Source of the DNA: Octopus sinensis
Lineage: Eukaryota
DNA: 64,000 nucleotides
NCBI RefSeq assembly: GCF_006345805.1
Contig: NC_042999.1
Span: 120,590,001 to 120,654,000 of the forward strand
Direction of reading: 5' to 3'
Shown: piece by piece, positions 43,105-58,572 of the stretch
Numbering within the stretch: the stretch's first letter is position 1
Layout of the letters: each line of letters begins with the position of its first letter
Translations under genes and position numbers: made by a program
The notes under the pieces: generated by a model
What the model was told of the DNA's origin: nothing
The model's database searches: none
The model's input: the letters and a program-made list of their open reading frames with translations, nothing else

Positions 43105-46100
43105 GTTTCAATTTTGACACATGGCCAGCAAATATAGGGGTAGGGTTAAACCGGCTACACCAGCTTCCATACTCAACTGGTTGTTATTATATCGACCTGC
43201 AAGAGTGAAATGCAAGACTGACCCGAAAGCTTTTACTCGGAACTTAAGGGCTTCGAAGGATTTTGTCCGGCGTGAAAAAGAGTCTTCCACCTCACCTTAT
43301 ATATATATATATTTGTGTGTGTGTGTGTGTGTGTGTGTATTTGTGTAGTATATATATATGAAGCACGAACGATGTCCAAGTATCAATACGTTTCGGCCGT
43401 TTAGAGTGGCTGCATTTCATCGATCAAAGAAAATATTACGTCAGTTTGAAAGAAACTGCACTCCACAGACGTAGACGACCATATAATATTTTCAACATAA
43501 AAGATAAAACAATTTTAACTAATTTGTACCAATACCAGACAACAAAATGATTACATTGTTTCCTTATGATATATTTGTGGCAGACTGAGTTTAGAAAAAA
43601 TGCATATATCATTAACCTACTATAATTTAGAGAGTAGCAGTAGTTATCACCTCTTCTCCATCAATCATTCTCTTACTAGCAACTCTGAGATATATCCTTT
43701 TATATAGATAAAGCTAGTTAAATACGGGTCTGGGAGATTGTCTAACATTAATTAATTTATTACCGTCAGCTAGAAACAGTTTACAAATTCAAATGGATTT
43801 TGTTCTAAACGGTTGTAGATTACATGCTGGATAAAAAATTTTAAATATAAATAACTATCTCACCATTCCGGTATCTTGACACCCACTATCTTCCTCTCCT
43901 ACTCCCTAAATTATCGCAGGCTTAATAAGATACGCATGTTTTTCTAAAGACACCAACTACATTAGAATTCAATTATTTCTTATTTCAGCACAAGGTCAGC
44001 AATTTCGAGGAGTGTGTAAGTCGAGTGCATCGACTGCACTGGTCAATTGGTAGTTAATTTATCTACCCCGAGTGAATGAAAGGCAAAGTCGATCGCTGTG
44101 GAATTTGAACTCAGAACGTAAAGCCGGACAAAATACCACTTCGTATTTTGCCCAGCGTGCTAACGATTGAGCTAGATCGACTCCTTATACTCAAAGTCTG
44201 AATTCACTCCCTTCTGGTCTTCGAAAGCAACTTTATTACTCATAGCCATATTTTGAGTTCCGCCTTAAATTTAGCACAAACTTTGAGCGATTTATTACTT
44301 AAACGTGATGTAAACTCAGATCATAGTATTCAAACACTAATGTTACAAGTTTTTTTTCCTTCTGTCTGAACTGCAAACGATTTTGCAACTCCTCTGCCGT
44401 AAGTTAGCAACTAAACGAATTAGACAAGTATGTGCCATTGTTTAATCACACTAAACTTACGACTTAAATCCTGTTATATTTGTATCTTACTCAGTCTACT
44501 AGGGAGCAATTTCCAGGGTTTCAGGTGATACTGACAAATGTAGAAACAAACTACTTCTTCAAACTAAACTTAATTCACCTTCTTTGCATAGAATTATAAA
44601 CATAAATCTTCAAACATGCAAATATTGCGTGCAGGTGTTAGATTCCACTATATGAATATTTGTAAGTCATACGTACCTGGTGAGCGGTTTTTTATCCTTC
44701 ATCTTCAGCTGCTCTTGTTTGTTTTAGTGAAAAGCAATAAATAAAAAGTTATTTTATTTTATTACGTAATAGGTAAGTACACGTTTTATTTAAAGGAAAC
44801 AAGAAGCATTTGCCATACGGGTAAGATTTTCTAATATAATGATCTCTTAAGCTCTTCTTCATTACAAAACTGCAAGGTAAAATATGGTCATATATTTTGA
44901 ATATTGTTTTTATCACATTTTATCACATTGGAGTTCATGAATACTAGGTATTTTCAAGAATAAGGTGAATGGAAAGCAGTTAAATTTATTACAATTCGTT
45001 GGTTTTATAAAACTGGGTGGAATTGATTGGAGCAATGTGAAACAGGCCATTCCTATTTGACTTGATAATATGCATATCTTCGTTAATAACTGAATGACCT
45101 GACTGTAAGCTAATATATAATTCTATTTATTGATAATTCCATAGTTTACTCAAAATAAATTTAATTAATGGAATTAACTTTTTGGCTGCATAACCTAATT
45201 ATGAATTCCTTAATTAGGCTCAAAGTCACATTCCTTTAGTAAAGTGGAGGGTAACTGTGTGATGTCAATACATTTTGAGGGATATAAGTGGAGTAATTGC
45301 TTTGTACTTAAAAACGATCTTTGGGTCGAAAAGTTTATTTGCCTACAGCTTGTTGTGTAAAAATACATGCTATATATTTCGTTTTAAATCTTTTTATAAT
45401 CTTTCCCAAGTTTGCAATCAATAACTGAATTTTGTTGAATTAAATCAGCCATTTTATTTCCTGCTATATGAATATGCATTTCTATTGTAATTACTGTTAT
45501 AGTTGCCGTATATCTATAATGCTTTACTTGTTGTTGCTGTAGAAACATAAGTTCATTAAATATTATTGATAGATCATAGCCAATAACCTTACTTTAATAC
45601 CAAATGGAAAACAATTTCTGTTAGGTTTATAAAAGTGAAATATAGAAATAATAAAATTATAAAACCAATCTCTTGTAAGAGAGAATTATAGCTCTTGATG
45701 TAAATGTATATTTGGTAGATTTTACTATTATAAATTTTTGGATAAACTTCTTATTCAAGCAAAATAGGTGTATTCAGTTTTACCAGATGATCTTTAAAAC
45801 TACACCGTTGAATATGTTTAAATCTTACATCTAGATCTATCGTTTTTGCGGTTGTTACAATGAAGTGAGATCAGCCTCATCAGCCTGTTGACACATTAAA
45901 TGCATTCACTCATTCAAATATTTAAAGTCAGGAAATACAATGCAACCATGGAACTGAGCAACAGTACACCAGGCTGAGGTCCAGCATGATTACAACTTAC
46001 ATTCTCTATTAAACTACTCAAAACCTTAAGAAACACATACCTTATGTTTTCTAACACAAGAAGTCCAACATTATATGATAAAACAGATACGGTATAATAT

Positions 46101-46289
46101 ATAACAAAAGAGTCTGAAGAAAGAAGCAAACATTATACGTTCAGGCCGTTGATAAAATATCACGAGCTAGAAAAATAGAGCACAGTGGGGGAGGGGCCGT
46201 TAAATTGAGATGTATGTTCCAGCTCTTTTCATTCTGAGCCCAAATTCCACCGTGATCCACTTGAGCGATCACGGTGGAATGGTTCCCAT

Positions 46290-48085
46290 TCGATTTGCCG
46301 TTGATCAGTCAATTCGTAGGAAAAACGGAAGAACGAATATCTGAATTAATAAACTTTTATTTTAAGGTTTGCAGTATTACATATTTATTTTCTTCAAATT
46401 TAAGATTGTTTGCGATTGCTTTTAGATAAATATCTTTTTGATTTGGATCATATTTTTCCGTGTAATTTTTTTACACACGTCCATATCTCTGTATTTTTTT
46501 CTTTTGGCTTGGTTCTTCTCTTTGCATATACTTCTGCAATTTGGTACTGGCAAACTTTTCCTAACTTTTAATCACATCAATACGTTTCCAAATATTTGGC
46601 TGGCTAATATTCACTGTGCTTTTTACAGCGCGCTGTCGTAGGCTTCTAAACTATTTGTAGTAGGAGCAATCCCTGTCATACATCGATCCCAAACATCCCA
46701 TACAGGTAATGGAAACGGAGGTTCAAGAGGTTACCTCCTCTAACCTCTAGGTGGTCCTGTATAATCTTTTTTCAAAATAGGATACAACTGACTGTGGAAT
46801 ATCATAATCATCTACAAGTTGTTCTTATCCATCTACAGCAACATCAACCAACAGTAAGGCAGGGGCAACAAAACAGCATTTTTAGAATAAAAAAGTCATT
46901 TTCGTGATATCTGCATTTTACTCCTTCTTGCATAACATGCTAGTACGCATTTTGTCCTAAATGAAACAAGTAACATGCCAAAATCGACCAGTAAACGATT
47001 CTAGAAATACGTTATGGGCTGCTTTTTCGAAATCCCTCATTCTGCAGTAATTCATTTATTTTGGCAAAAGTCTACTATATGTGTCTTGACTTTTGACAGA
47101 GAGCAATGCGAACGATCTTCGGCCATTAAAATTTACAAGTTCATTGTGAAGTATATATAACTTAAAAAATATACTAGAGCTACACTTAAATGTTCCATCT
47201 GCCGCCCAGTTCCTGTGCTGCTTTAACTGCCGAAGTGCTTCGTCACTTGCAAATATTAGTATTCGTTTTCAATCTTCCATCCCGATGTCACACTGTAAAA
47301 ACGATTTATCATTGTCAAGGTAAGATTATTCACTTGGAATGGAAAACCCAGCATTTATAAGTGGGGTGGCAGGACAGTTGGAATCAGCTTGCCTCCAACG
47401 TCTAATATTCCTATTCAGGTGTGCAAATGGCGGTATTTGCGAGAATGTACAGCCGTTTAAATTCTGAACTTCACTGGCAATAACAGAGCGAGGAGTATTA
47501 CGAGGTGAAATAGAATTGACTTTAATATTTGAAGCTATTATACTTGCATTTACATCTGCAGCAGTTGAAGCGTGATTATGGATCCCAATCGTCTTAAGCT
47601 CTTTATAATTTTCATCTATATGAAGTCTCGCCTTGCACACACGATATTCGCACCTCTAGTATATCTCCAATTCATCTGCATTCTGCTTATTCGTTATGTA
47701 TACATAATATTCTTGATTGACCACTTTGATTCTTCCTTTCTACGAAGTTAAAATATTGCCTATAGTCACGTTCAACTGGTAGGCATATTGAGTAAATTTA
47801 ATTCGATTTGCTTCAAAAATCACTTCGTAAACTTTTCGGCGCAGATACGTAAGAGAGAGAGAGAGAAGGATAGAGTGAAGGGAGAATAAAAAGAGGAAAA
47901 ATATCTAAAGCGAGTATTTTAATTCTAAAGCGATTGTTCTAAACTTTCCCTCGAAAATCACATTTAAGAGTATTTTGGGACGAATTCAGCAGCGAGAAAT
48001 TGACCTAGGGATGACTTGATCGAAGACGAATTGACAGAGGACAAATAAACCGACAACGAAATAACCGGGGATGGGTTGTCCTAAC
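46290..48085 (-). mobile_element. Mutator-like (MULE, FLYWCH-type) transposon remnant
   Basis: CKARLH...IGIHNH (FLYWCH end), then TPRSVI...LNRNIRRWR and RILIFASDEALRQL-like text; gacgaattgac terminal motifs; absent at the homologous site in unit 1 (~4400-4450). Confidence 0.75.
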
Positions 48086-49379
48086 ACCATTTTTGTGGTG
48101 TCCAGCCTCTTACAAGTAAATGTTAAAGATACTACATTGAAGATATCATACTCTCTCTTTACCAACACACTCATGAGACCTATAAAGGGACCAGCTACAT
48201 TAGAATTCAATTACGTATATTTTTTCTTATTTCGGCACAAATAATTTGTAGAAGCGTGTAAGTCGAATACATCAACTGCAGTATTCAATTTCTACTTAAT
48301 TTATCCACCCCGAAAGATTAAATGGCAAAGTTGATCTCGGCGGAATTTGAGTTCAGACCGTAAAGCAGGACAAAATAACGCTTCGCATTTTGCCCGGCGT
48401 GCCAACGATCCTGCTACCTCGATGCCTTAAACTCATACGATTAATTCACTCTTGTCTCTTCTGAGATTCGAAAGCAACCTCATTACTCATGACTATATTT
48501 TAAGTTCCACCATAAATTTAGGACAAACTTTGAGTCATTTGTTACTTACCCGGGATGTGATCCCTGATCAAAGAACTCAACATAAATGTTACAAGTTATT
48601 TTTCTGTTTTATTTTTCGTCTGACCTGCAAATGATTTTGCTAATCCTCTGCCGTAAGTCAGCAACTGAACGAATTAGACATGTCTGTGCCATTGTTTAAA
48701 CATACTAAAGCTTACAACTTAAATTCTGAAATATTAGCATCTCACACAATCCACCGCAAAGCAATTTTCAGGGTTTCACTTGACTACTTCTTCAACCTAA
48801 ACTTAATTCACCTTCTTTACATAGAATTATAAATATAAACCTTCAAACGTGCAAATATTACGAGCAAGTATTATATTCCAAGATATGAATATTTGTAGGT
48901 CATACGAAGGTGTTAAGCGGTTTTTTATCCTTCATTTTCAGCTGTTGTTGTTTACTCAAGAGGAAATCAATTAACAGAAAGTTTTTTTTTATATTACGTA
49001 CTAGGTAAATATAGGTTTTATTTAAAGGAAACAAGAAGCATTTGCCATAAGGGTGAGATTTTCTGATATAATGGAGCTCATCTTCATTACATCACTTCAT
49101 CGCTGCAAGCATGGTAAATCATGAACAAATATTTTGAATATTTTTATCACATTTATTTGTTCATTACTAATCCTGCACTTTTATATACTTTTCATATATA
49201 ACTGCATATACACAGACATGACAGAAGTAAATATATTCCTTTATGATCATTAAAATTTATTTAAGTCTGAAATTATACATTCAAATTGTTTCACAATTAT
49301 TATAATGTGAATATTTAATATTTATTAGACATGTCCTTTGGATTTTTCAATGCAAGGATTCTATAAGGCAAGCTACTGA

Positions 49380-49900
49380 TCAGATGAATAATATTCTTTT
49401 GGGGATTTTCTTGCCCATTTTCATGCAGTAATCTCAAAAGATCTGGCTTCGAGGATGCTTTCTAGTTCTGTTTACGAAGTGACCTGTCCATTATGTCCCA
49501 GAGGTGTTCAATAGGGTTCATACCTGGCGACTGGTTTGGCCATAGAAGTTTTAATGCCATTCTTTTCCAACCAATCTTGGATCCTTCTAGCTGTGTGTCA
49601 AAGATCCCCATCTTCCATAAATAAAGAGTTTTCTTTAATCATTTCAACAAGTTCATGGGCAAGTTTGGAAGGAGTCCTTCATGCAATATGGACACATAGT
49701 TATCTGAGTTTATGTTTCCATCATACTCCACCACCTCTCATTGACAACTGCCCCAAATTGCACCCCAGATCATCACAAAATTGCTGCCGTGTTTCGCTGT
49801 TGGCAGCAATCTTTTCAGGTGAAATTCTTAGTTGAAAGAGTCTTTCAGGAGTCGTAGTTTCATGTTTGCCATTTTAGGCAACAGGTAACTTTGACTCATT
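49380..49900 (-). mobile_element. Tc1-like transposase remnant
   Basis: Minus strand reads HTARRIQDWLEKNGIK and WPNQSPGMNPIEHLWDIMDRSLRK. Confidence 0.85.
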
Positions 49901-52664
49901 CTGACTGTATAGTTGATATTCACTTTCGCTTATTATTGATGGTGTCCATACCATCTAAATGCTTAGAGCTAAAGTATCTGCTGATAATTTTGTTTTTTTC
50001 ATGATTGTGTGAAAATACTAGGAAGGGAAGTGCTTTAAGAATGATTAGGATGTCACATTATTTATCTATCTCCTAGTGTAGGTACCAGAAATGTTAAAGG
50101 CTACCACTGCTTCACATGGAGATGGAATGATGTTTGTGATTTTGTGATTTTGTGATTTTTGTTGTTTATTATAATTTGCAGTAGTGGTAAACAGGAGGGA
50201 GCATGAGCAAGAACAAGAGTGACACAAATTTATAGCTGATATTTTGCTTACATATTACACTTATTGCTTTCCTTTAATCAAATCAAATGTAGTAAATTCA
50301 GCTGACGATCCAAAATCTCAAAGATCACTCGACTTGCTTGTAAAATATCAACGGATTGCCATCGGCCTTCATTTGTACTACCTCCTACTCGATAAATATT
50401 AGTTTATTACAAAGGTTCCAAATCGTGACAGAACGCATCTAATGGATTGAACAACAAAATCGACATCATAGAAAGCTGGCGGTCCACCACCAAGTAGATT
50501 GCTTTTGTCTCGTTTTGAGAATCTCATTTTCACTAGTCTGGCGTAGTCGGGAACCTGCTGATTTCTCCTGTTGTGCATACTTTTTTTCTGTCCTATCGTA
50601 GTATGTATATACTCTTACACTTGCATTTTCATGAGGTTTTCATAGGATTTTCCCATCAGATTACTATGAGTAACCATGCTCTCCACATCATTGTAGCTTC
50701 TTATAATTCTATCACTTTTCACAGTTTTGTTTTATAAAAACAAAATTCTAATTTCGATACCACGCCTTACGTAGATAAGAATATGAAGGCACTTTTCGGA
50801 CGACTTCTTCATTGTCGTCTGTCGCATATATGTACTAATGCATATCTATAAAAGTTGTAATTTGCTGACGGTCGCAAAAGAATGTCACATTAATTGCAAC
50901 ACTTAATGAATCAATCTATCCATACATATTTAATAGGTATAACTGATTAGACCATATCATCACAGTAAGTTGTAAAACAATAAAACAACTATTCGAAGGT
51001 AAACAGAAGTCGCTATTTTATCTCAGCAGTTTCTTATTCATTCCTTTTATCAGTGACTAAATATATCCTAAGTTACTTCTTGATAAATATAAATTGCCAC
51101 CACCTTATGAAGTGTGCGCTATAATCTACGGTTTCTTTGTATTAACATTTGCGAGAAGTATCCTGTTGAGTGTACCTCAATAGCTTTAGATCGTACGTAT
51201 TACTAATCTACAAACTTTCTTTGAAATCATAACTAGTATAGAAATATTTTAATCTATTAACTGTATATACTAGAAACACAATTGTTGTATGAATCCACAT
51301 TTAACTGGATACTTTTTTTTGTTACAAAGGAAATATTTCGCTTGTAATTTTCATGTAACTTTAGATAACTTGCTTATTCCTGAAAATAAATTTGATGTGA
51401 ATGAATAATGTTTCCTAATTAGAAATTTGTATCCATATTTTTCCAAATTAAGCTGAAATTGTGACGATCAAATAACAACTTCATAATCAAAATAATTTTA
51501 TTAGTATAGTTTTTAGTGTTATTATAAATTGCGCATTGAAACTTAGAACTTCTGATGGCTAAAATTATGCTTATTATTTGACAAATCTTAATTTCCAAGT
51601 AAAATTAAGCATCCTGCAAATATGACGATGGTTATGTCATATAGCTAAGCATTGCAAATGATATGTATATACGCTACATTACTGAGCAGTAGAGCATATG
51701 GATAGAGGCAGATAAGGCCGTCTATGGTGTTATTGGCTTTCACATCCATAAAGCGCTTATCTTTACAACGTTTCTTGAGATCTTAAAACCCGTTAGCCCA
51801 TGGCCTTCTATGCCGTATACTCAGCGTAGGTGAGGATATGCACCGTTTTTAACATCATTTGTACCCGTTTCAATGAGCTTGGTGGCGAGAGGCAAAGTTT
51901 TTTGTGTGTGGAACGCATGATCGTAAGATATGGGTTTCAATTGGTTTAGCAGGAGGCACGTCGTGTTCTTGAGCAAAACACTTCATTGAACGTTGCTCTA
52001 TTCCAAGCAGGTGGTAACAATGCGTATATATACGCGACTGGCGTCCTGTCCAGGGTGGAATATATATGCCATGGTAGCCGGGAACTAGCCTTTGATTTTG
52101 TATGAAATATATATATGAACATGTATGTGTGTTCGCGTATGTGTGTGAGTGCCTCAGTGTTTATGTGTATGCGTATCTCTGTGCATGTGTGTTTATGTGT
52201 GTGGTGTGTATGTGTGTGCTCGCACACAGACGCATACATGACCCGAGAACTATCTTCAACTTAAAGACAGAGCTTTTTTAGCTAGTGCCTTCATCTTAAA
52301 TGTGTCCTCCTACAAGCTTAGAACCCTCCAAATGTTGAATTAAAAAACTAAAACAATGCAATCAGCTTAGAATATCGTCACAGGCGAATGCGATGCACAG
52401 AAGATAATCCAGTATCGCATATGAAGAAACACGTTCGGACGTTGTGTTTATTAATATATAGTGTTGATTTACTATGTAACTTTGCCATTTTTCATCTTTA
52501 TTTGAGTCTGAAGCGTCATCTATTTATCTTAGCGCTTTATAAGTTCAAAAGCAATGGTCACTCTGACTAGCCATAATAACCAACCTTAATAATGAATAAC
52601 AGTATATATGTATATCTGTGTGTGTGAGTGTGTGTGTGTGTGTGAGTGTGTGTGTGTGACAGTT

Positions 52665-52729
<65 letters not shown>

Positions 52730-52827
52730 ATATGTGTATATCGGTAAGCATACTTTTGATTTAGATGTTCCATTGCTTATAGGTATTTCCAATTCTATTT
52801 CAGTTATCTTTCTCCAAGAGATAAACG

Positions 52828-53019
52828 ATGAATTTCAAAATCATCTTCTTTTGTCTGCTTGTTGCAGTCACACAAATACAATCCGTACAAATATATGCCG
52901 TTGATAATAATGCAAGATGCTTTGGAAAGTGCTTAGCTTGTTATGAAGTGAGCCCAATGTTTTGTCCAGGTAAAATAGAGAGACCAGAAAGCGTTGAAGA
53001 TTGCTTTGAGTACGTATAG
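52828..53019 (+). CDS. Small secreted cysteine-rich peptide, copy 3 (63 aa)
   Basis: MNFKIIFFCLLVAVTQIQSVQIYAVDNNARCFGKCLACYEVSPMFCPGKIERPESVEDCFEYV*. Intact; acceptor and ATTAAA conserved. Confidence 0.88.
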   Translation: MNFKIIFFCLLVAVTQIQSVQIYAVDNNARCFGKCLACYEVSPMFCPGKIERPESVEDCFEYV

Positions 53020-53118
53020 CATTTTGAATGGAAATTCAACTCATTAAAAATACCTGTATGCATTGATATTAAAGTATCATTCATAATTTAGGTTTAACGT
53101 AATTGATACACACACACA

Positions 53119-53219
<101 letters not shown>

Positions 53220-54317
53220 GATTCACTTGAATTAGCTACTTAAGTGGAGCACCGTGTCAGTTCGGTATTATCCCCACAGCTCGAAGTAAGGTAAATAAAA
53301 GCAAATAAGTAAAAATTACGTCAAGATACTAGTGCATTACGCCCGTTTCAGGCGGCTCCATTTAATCGAACAATGCAAGCATTACATCAGTTTGAAAGTA
53401 CCACCATCTCCGCATGCATAATATAGGTTTTCGACATACAGGATACTCCATTATAAATTTTAGCAAATATTTCATCAGAACTAGAGAATTAAAGGATTAC
53501 ATACTGGTAATATTGTAGCAGAATGAACTTAGAGAGAAAATACCCTAACTATAATTTGGAGCAGCAGAAAAGAAACAAAATTGGTGTTATGGTAACATAG
53601 CTACAATTTTTATCTATCTCCTTATCACCATCAAAAGATCTAATATAGCTAGTTTAGTAACAATTAATACCAACTGACAGTTAAGTTCTAGCCGCAAATA
53701 ATAAATTAATTACGGTCAGATAGCCTCCTAAACCTTAATCTACTCTAGCTATAGATTCCCTGTGACCAAATAAAGAAACAAATTTAAGAAAAAGTCAGTA
53801 AGAAAGTGGTAAATGCCCAGAAATGATGAGGGCCTAAATATAAAACAAAGGACACGACAATGAGCTCTAAATGGACATTATGTGTACAAGGGGAAAATAT
53901 AACAAAAGTATAGCAACATTTATATATTATTATATTTTGTATATGATATAAACTTTTGAAAATTTAGAAAGTGATATAAGGACCAAGTAAGATAAGAAGG
54001 ATAAATAAACTAATATAAGCCCTAAAAATATATGACTTTCGTATAAAAATAGAAACTTCATAATATATCAACCTTTAAGGTGGTCATGATAAGACCATTC
54101 AGACAACGAACAGAAATTACTCTCAGATTCATCGGAGAAAGATGTACACGTTTTCTATTGACTGAAAAACAGGGATCAAAGGCAGAAAAATGAGATAGTT
54201 TGTTCTATAACAGATAAACTCAGTTACAAAATATAATTACATAAAATATTCCAATATTATGAAGAAATATTCAACGATGTAAGGATAAAAGAAAAAATGA
54301 AAATATGGCATAAATGC

Positions 54318-54384
<67 letters not shown>

Positions 54385-54585
54385 ATATATACATATATAT
54401 ACATATATATGTATGTATGTATGTATGTATGTGTGTATGTATGTATACATACATACAAAACTATCATTATGGTATTTTCGAATTGATGTGATGCTTGCAT
54501 AGCTCGATTAAATGGAGCTGCCTGAAACTGCCGTAATGCACTAAAACCTTGAAATCCTTGTTATTCATTTGCTTTATATATATAT

Positions 54586-54644
<59 letters not shown>

Positions 54645-54659
54645 GTTTATATATTTGTT

Positions 54660-55452
54660 TTGCAAGATTTTTGATGTGAAATCGTGTGTTGAAACAGATA
54701 TTGTTGTATTGTATTTAGGAATGGTCATTTTGCCAGTTTAGCCAATAAAAACACACGCACTATATATTTGGTGTTAATTTGCTTCAGCTTTATTTATTTT
54801 TTACATTAATCTTAATCTTATTTCGGCCAGAGTTCTTTCGTCACACTCCTGTGACCGCATCAGTGGTTCTTTGCTTTCTTCTTTCTTATTTGTGTGTCTC
54901 TCCTTACTAACGGTCAGTCATTTTGTATTTCTATTGTATGTGTCTTTATTTGCGCATGCATATATAATAATAAGATGTATACAGGGACGATGCAGTACCA
55001 AGACAACGACATACGCAGGGGAAACGGCACAGAGCATAGGAGAGCCGGTAAATTAAAGAAGTTCTGTACCAACACGCCGAGCAGGAACACGGAGGTTCAA
55101 TCAACAACATAGAAGTTAAAATCTTGTCCACACATAGAACAGACGCAACAATCACCCAAATTACGGAAGCTACACACATAATAGAAGATAAACCTAGCCT
55201 GAATAGGAAACTGGAATGGAACACTAGCACACACCACAACATATGACAGAAGAGGATCCCCATAAACTGATTACAAAATAAACAAAACTGAAAACATAAT
55301 AAAATAAAATACACAGATAAATAAACAAATGGAAGTAAATAACTATATACATTTTTATTATAATTATTTTTTATTTTCATTTTTATTATTATTACTATTA
55401 TTATTGTTATACATACATAATAACAATAATAATGATGATAATAATAATAATG

Positions 55453-55503
<51 letters not shown>

Positions 55504-55905
55504 TAATAATAATAAGTGGGTGTAAACACAGGAACAAAATAAGAATAAACAAACAAAAAAAATTACACGAATGTATATATTAACAGGAGATACAAATATT
55601 ACGGGTATTTCCCCCACACACGCACTAACTAAACATAGACGCACATAGAGATATACGCATGCGCAAATGAAGACACAAACAATAGAAATACAAAATGGCT
55701 GACCGTTAGTAAGGAGATACACACTAATAAGAAAGAAGAAAGCAAAGGACCGCTGATGCGGTCACAGGAGTGTGACGAAATAACTCTGGCCGAAATAAGA
55801 TTAAGAATGTAAAAAATAACGCTGAAGCAAAGTAACACCAAATATATAGTGCATGTATTTTTATTGGCTAAACTGGCAAAATGACCATTCCTAAATACAA
55901 CAACA
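54660..55905. mobile_element. Penelope-like remnant: GIY-YIG fragment between inverted terminal copies
   Basis: 54660-54960 and 55620-55905 are inverted copies; between them YAGETAQSIGE and HAEQEHGGSINNIEVKIL...EATHIIEDKPSLN. Confidence 0.65.
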
Positions 55906-56608
55906 TATATATACATAAATCGATATTATCATACAAACATGTATGTACATATATACACCTGCGTATTTACACCATTTAGTCTTACATGTGTCGGTCAGAT
56001 AGACGATTTATGAGAGCATGTTACAGAACAACTTCCCGTATCTAATTCAGCTGTTGTCTCTGCAGATTCGACAATCGGGTTGCGATCATCTTGCCTTTTA
56101 TGTTTAGGGCTTCAATTAATAAAATACAAGCCAGAAACTGTAGATTACAATAATTACTCGGCAGCAGACATAAAGTCTTATGTTATCTATTATGGCTCCT
56201 TGCATTCTAATTCCAATCCTCCTCTCATCACTAGTCTCCTTCTTCTACTCTTTGAAACAATCAGGCTGTACACAAAAAGAGGTAAAGCGTTAAACAGAAA
56301 TGTAACTTAGTTGATGTTATATATTATGCCTTCATTTATTGTTTAGTTGATAGACTTTGGGTTGACCCACAATATACACAAGGGGAACGATCTGATTGGT
56401 GCTCGAAAGAAGGAATGGAGTTGTAGTAGAGTACTCTAAGCACATACAAATGTCTGCTGCGTAGTTACTTTATTGATGTAGCAGTGTTGCTGATATAACA
56501 GCAACATCCTAAGTATGCAGTTATATTTGAATCACACTTCAATTAATCTTTTAAAATGACATACATTTCAAATATTTTCATGCTTGCCACCGCAGTACAG
56601 TTTTGACA

Positions 56609-56746
56609 ATGTCCAAATGTCACATCGAAATATTAACAAATATTTTGTTATCTAGTATTTTGACGCTAGTGGTATCTTGGATATTGCAGGGGTTTAAGTG
56701 TCAACCGTGGGTTGTTCGATATAGCGTTGCTTTCGATGTGTTATAA
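56609..56746 (+). CDS. Candidate short signal-like ORF (45 aa), unit 3
   Basis: MSKCHIEILTNILLSSILTLVVSWILQGFKCQPWVVRYSVAFDVL*. Confidence 0.3.
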   Translation: MSKCHIEILTNILLSSILTLVVSWILQGFKCQPWVVRYSVAFDVL

Positions 56747-57034
56747 ATGTGATTCCGTGCAATTCATCACCTGAACAGAAATTAAAAGTCAGCAGCATTT
56801 CTCAAGCTGAAATATCTACGGAAAATATTCGCGTTATCGTATGTTTTCCCACATTTAATTTCCACCCAAAACATACTATTAGAGCTTGGCGGAATATTAT
56901 TTTCTAAATGCTATAAAATAGTTTAAACAATTAGACACATCATTCTCTGGTTAAGAAATGTGCTTCTTAACCACGTGTTTTCTAAGTGGATTTGATAGAA
57001 AGAAACTTTATGGAAGTCCATCATATAAATGCAG

Positions 57035-57068
<34 letters not shown>

Positions 57069-58572
57069 GATATAATGATATATATGCGGGAACATGTTCT
57101 ATGTTTGACATCCTACTCTTTGGTAGCCGCTGTTGGTTCATGAGATATCAGCTCTGCAAAAGATGCTTAAAAGAGCTACCAGACCTAAATGTTATCGAGT
57201 CCTGGGCTCGATTTGCTCGACTAAACCCTTTAAGGAGATTCCCAAACATTGCCACTGTTCAAGAGCATTTCCTTAAGTGCATTAAGGCTCACTAGAATGT
57301 TTTGCCCAACACGGCAATCTACACGCACACGTATAAATATACACAGAGTATACACGCACACATTATTTCTTACAGACACACATGAACTTCTTGGCACACA
57401 CATACACACACATAAACTTGTCCACATAAACATTATACACAGAAGCAAAAGTTTGCTCGCGCGCGCCCCCACACCCGTGTACATACGCACACATTAGCCT
57501 CTTACCTATACACACGTGTTTGCACACACAAACATATGCCAGGTCAGTTTTGTCTTCTTTGTCACCAGAGACTCAGGCCAGCATAATTTCTCTTCCGGTC
57601 ATTTTAGCATGCTTTGACCGTTCAGTTCAGGTACGTTTTTTTTTTATTTCTTTGTTCCTTTCTTCCCCTCCGGTAAAAGCGGTTAAATTCGAAATAGTAA
57701 AACCTGCTTCCATTTTTCTCGAATGTTAAAATAATATATTCTGCTTGTGGGATATTTTAGTTTTGTATTTTTGGACAATATATATGTCAGCGCGTGTATG
57801 TGTGTGTATGTATATATGTACGTATATAATATATATGTTGTTTGTGTGCGCTTGCGTGTATGTATTTGTGTGTATGGATATATGTGTGTGTATATATATA
57901 AGTGTGTGTATGAATATAGATATATGTATGTGCGTATGCATGTAAGACTGTATGTATATGCATATGTATGTGCGCGTATTAGTGGATGAACTATTACAGA
58001 TTAGAATTATAGCTCTATAATTAAGAGACGATGAATTATGAATTATGTACATTATCTTGTTTGTTGTTAACACAAAGTTTCGGCTGATATACCCTTCATC
58101 TGGACTCTCATTCTTAAGTTATTTCCCGCTGTTTTTATCATTATTATCATTAATATTATTAATATCCTTCCTTAATATCTGTACTCGGGCTGCTTAGGAA
58201 TCTTGGGGTTAGTAGCCTGCGCTCTTAACAACTACGCCATATACCCGTGGGCAATTATGGAGTGAATTTTAGGGTTTATAAATCTAATATTTTTCTATCC
58301 TTCCTTAATACCGGTTGCCATATTCTGCTCATATCTGCACTCGATCTGCTTATGAGGTTGTTGTGTCCTAGCATGTGTGCTGCTTCTTTTAGTTTTCGTA
58401 TTTTCCAGTTGTGTTCTCTGTCTATTATTTTAACTTCAACCCATAGGGAGAGGTGATCGCCATTTTACCATACATAATCAGGTATACCCGATTTATCAAT
58501 ATCTTCTCGTGTCACAGCTTTGCGATGTTCGTGTCCCCTTATTTTGAGGGGGCGGGATGTTTCGCCTACGTA

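Noticed and set aside
54946-55722. 258 aa minus-strand ORF and the many YI/HT/CV/N-rich ORFs in the track
   Set aside because: They are translations of (TA)n, (CA)n and (TAA)n microsatellites and antisense repeat sequence, with no domain signal.
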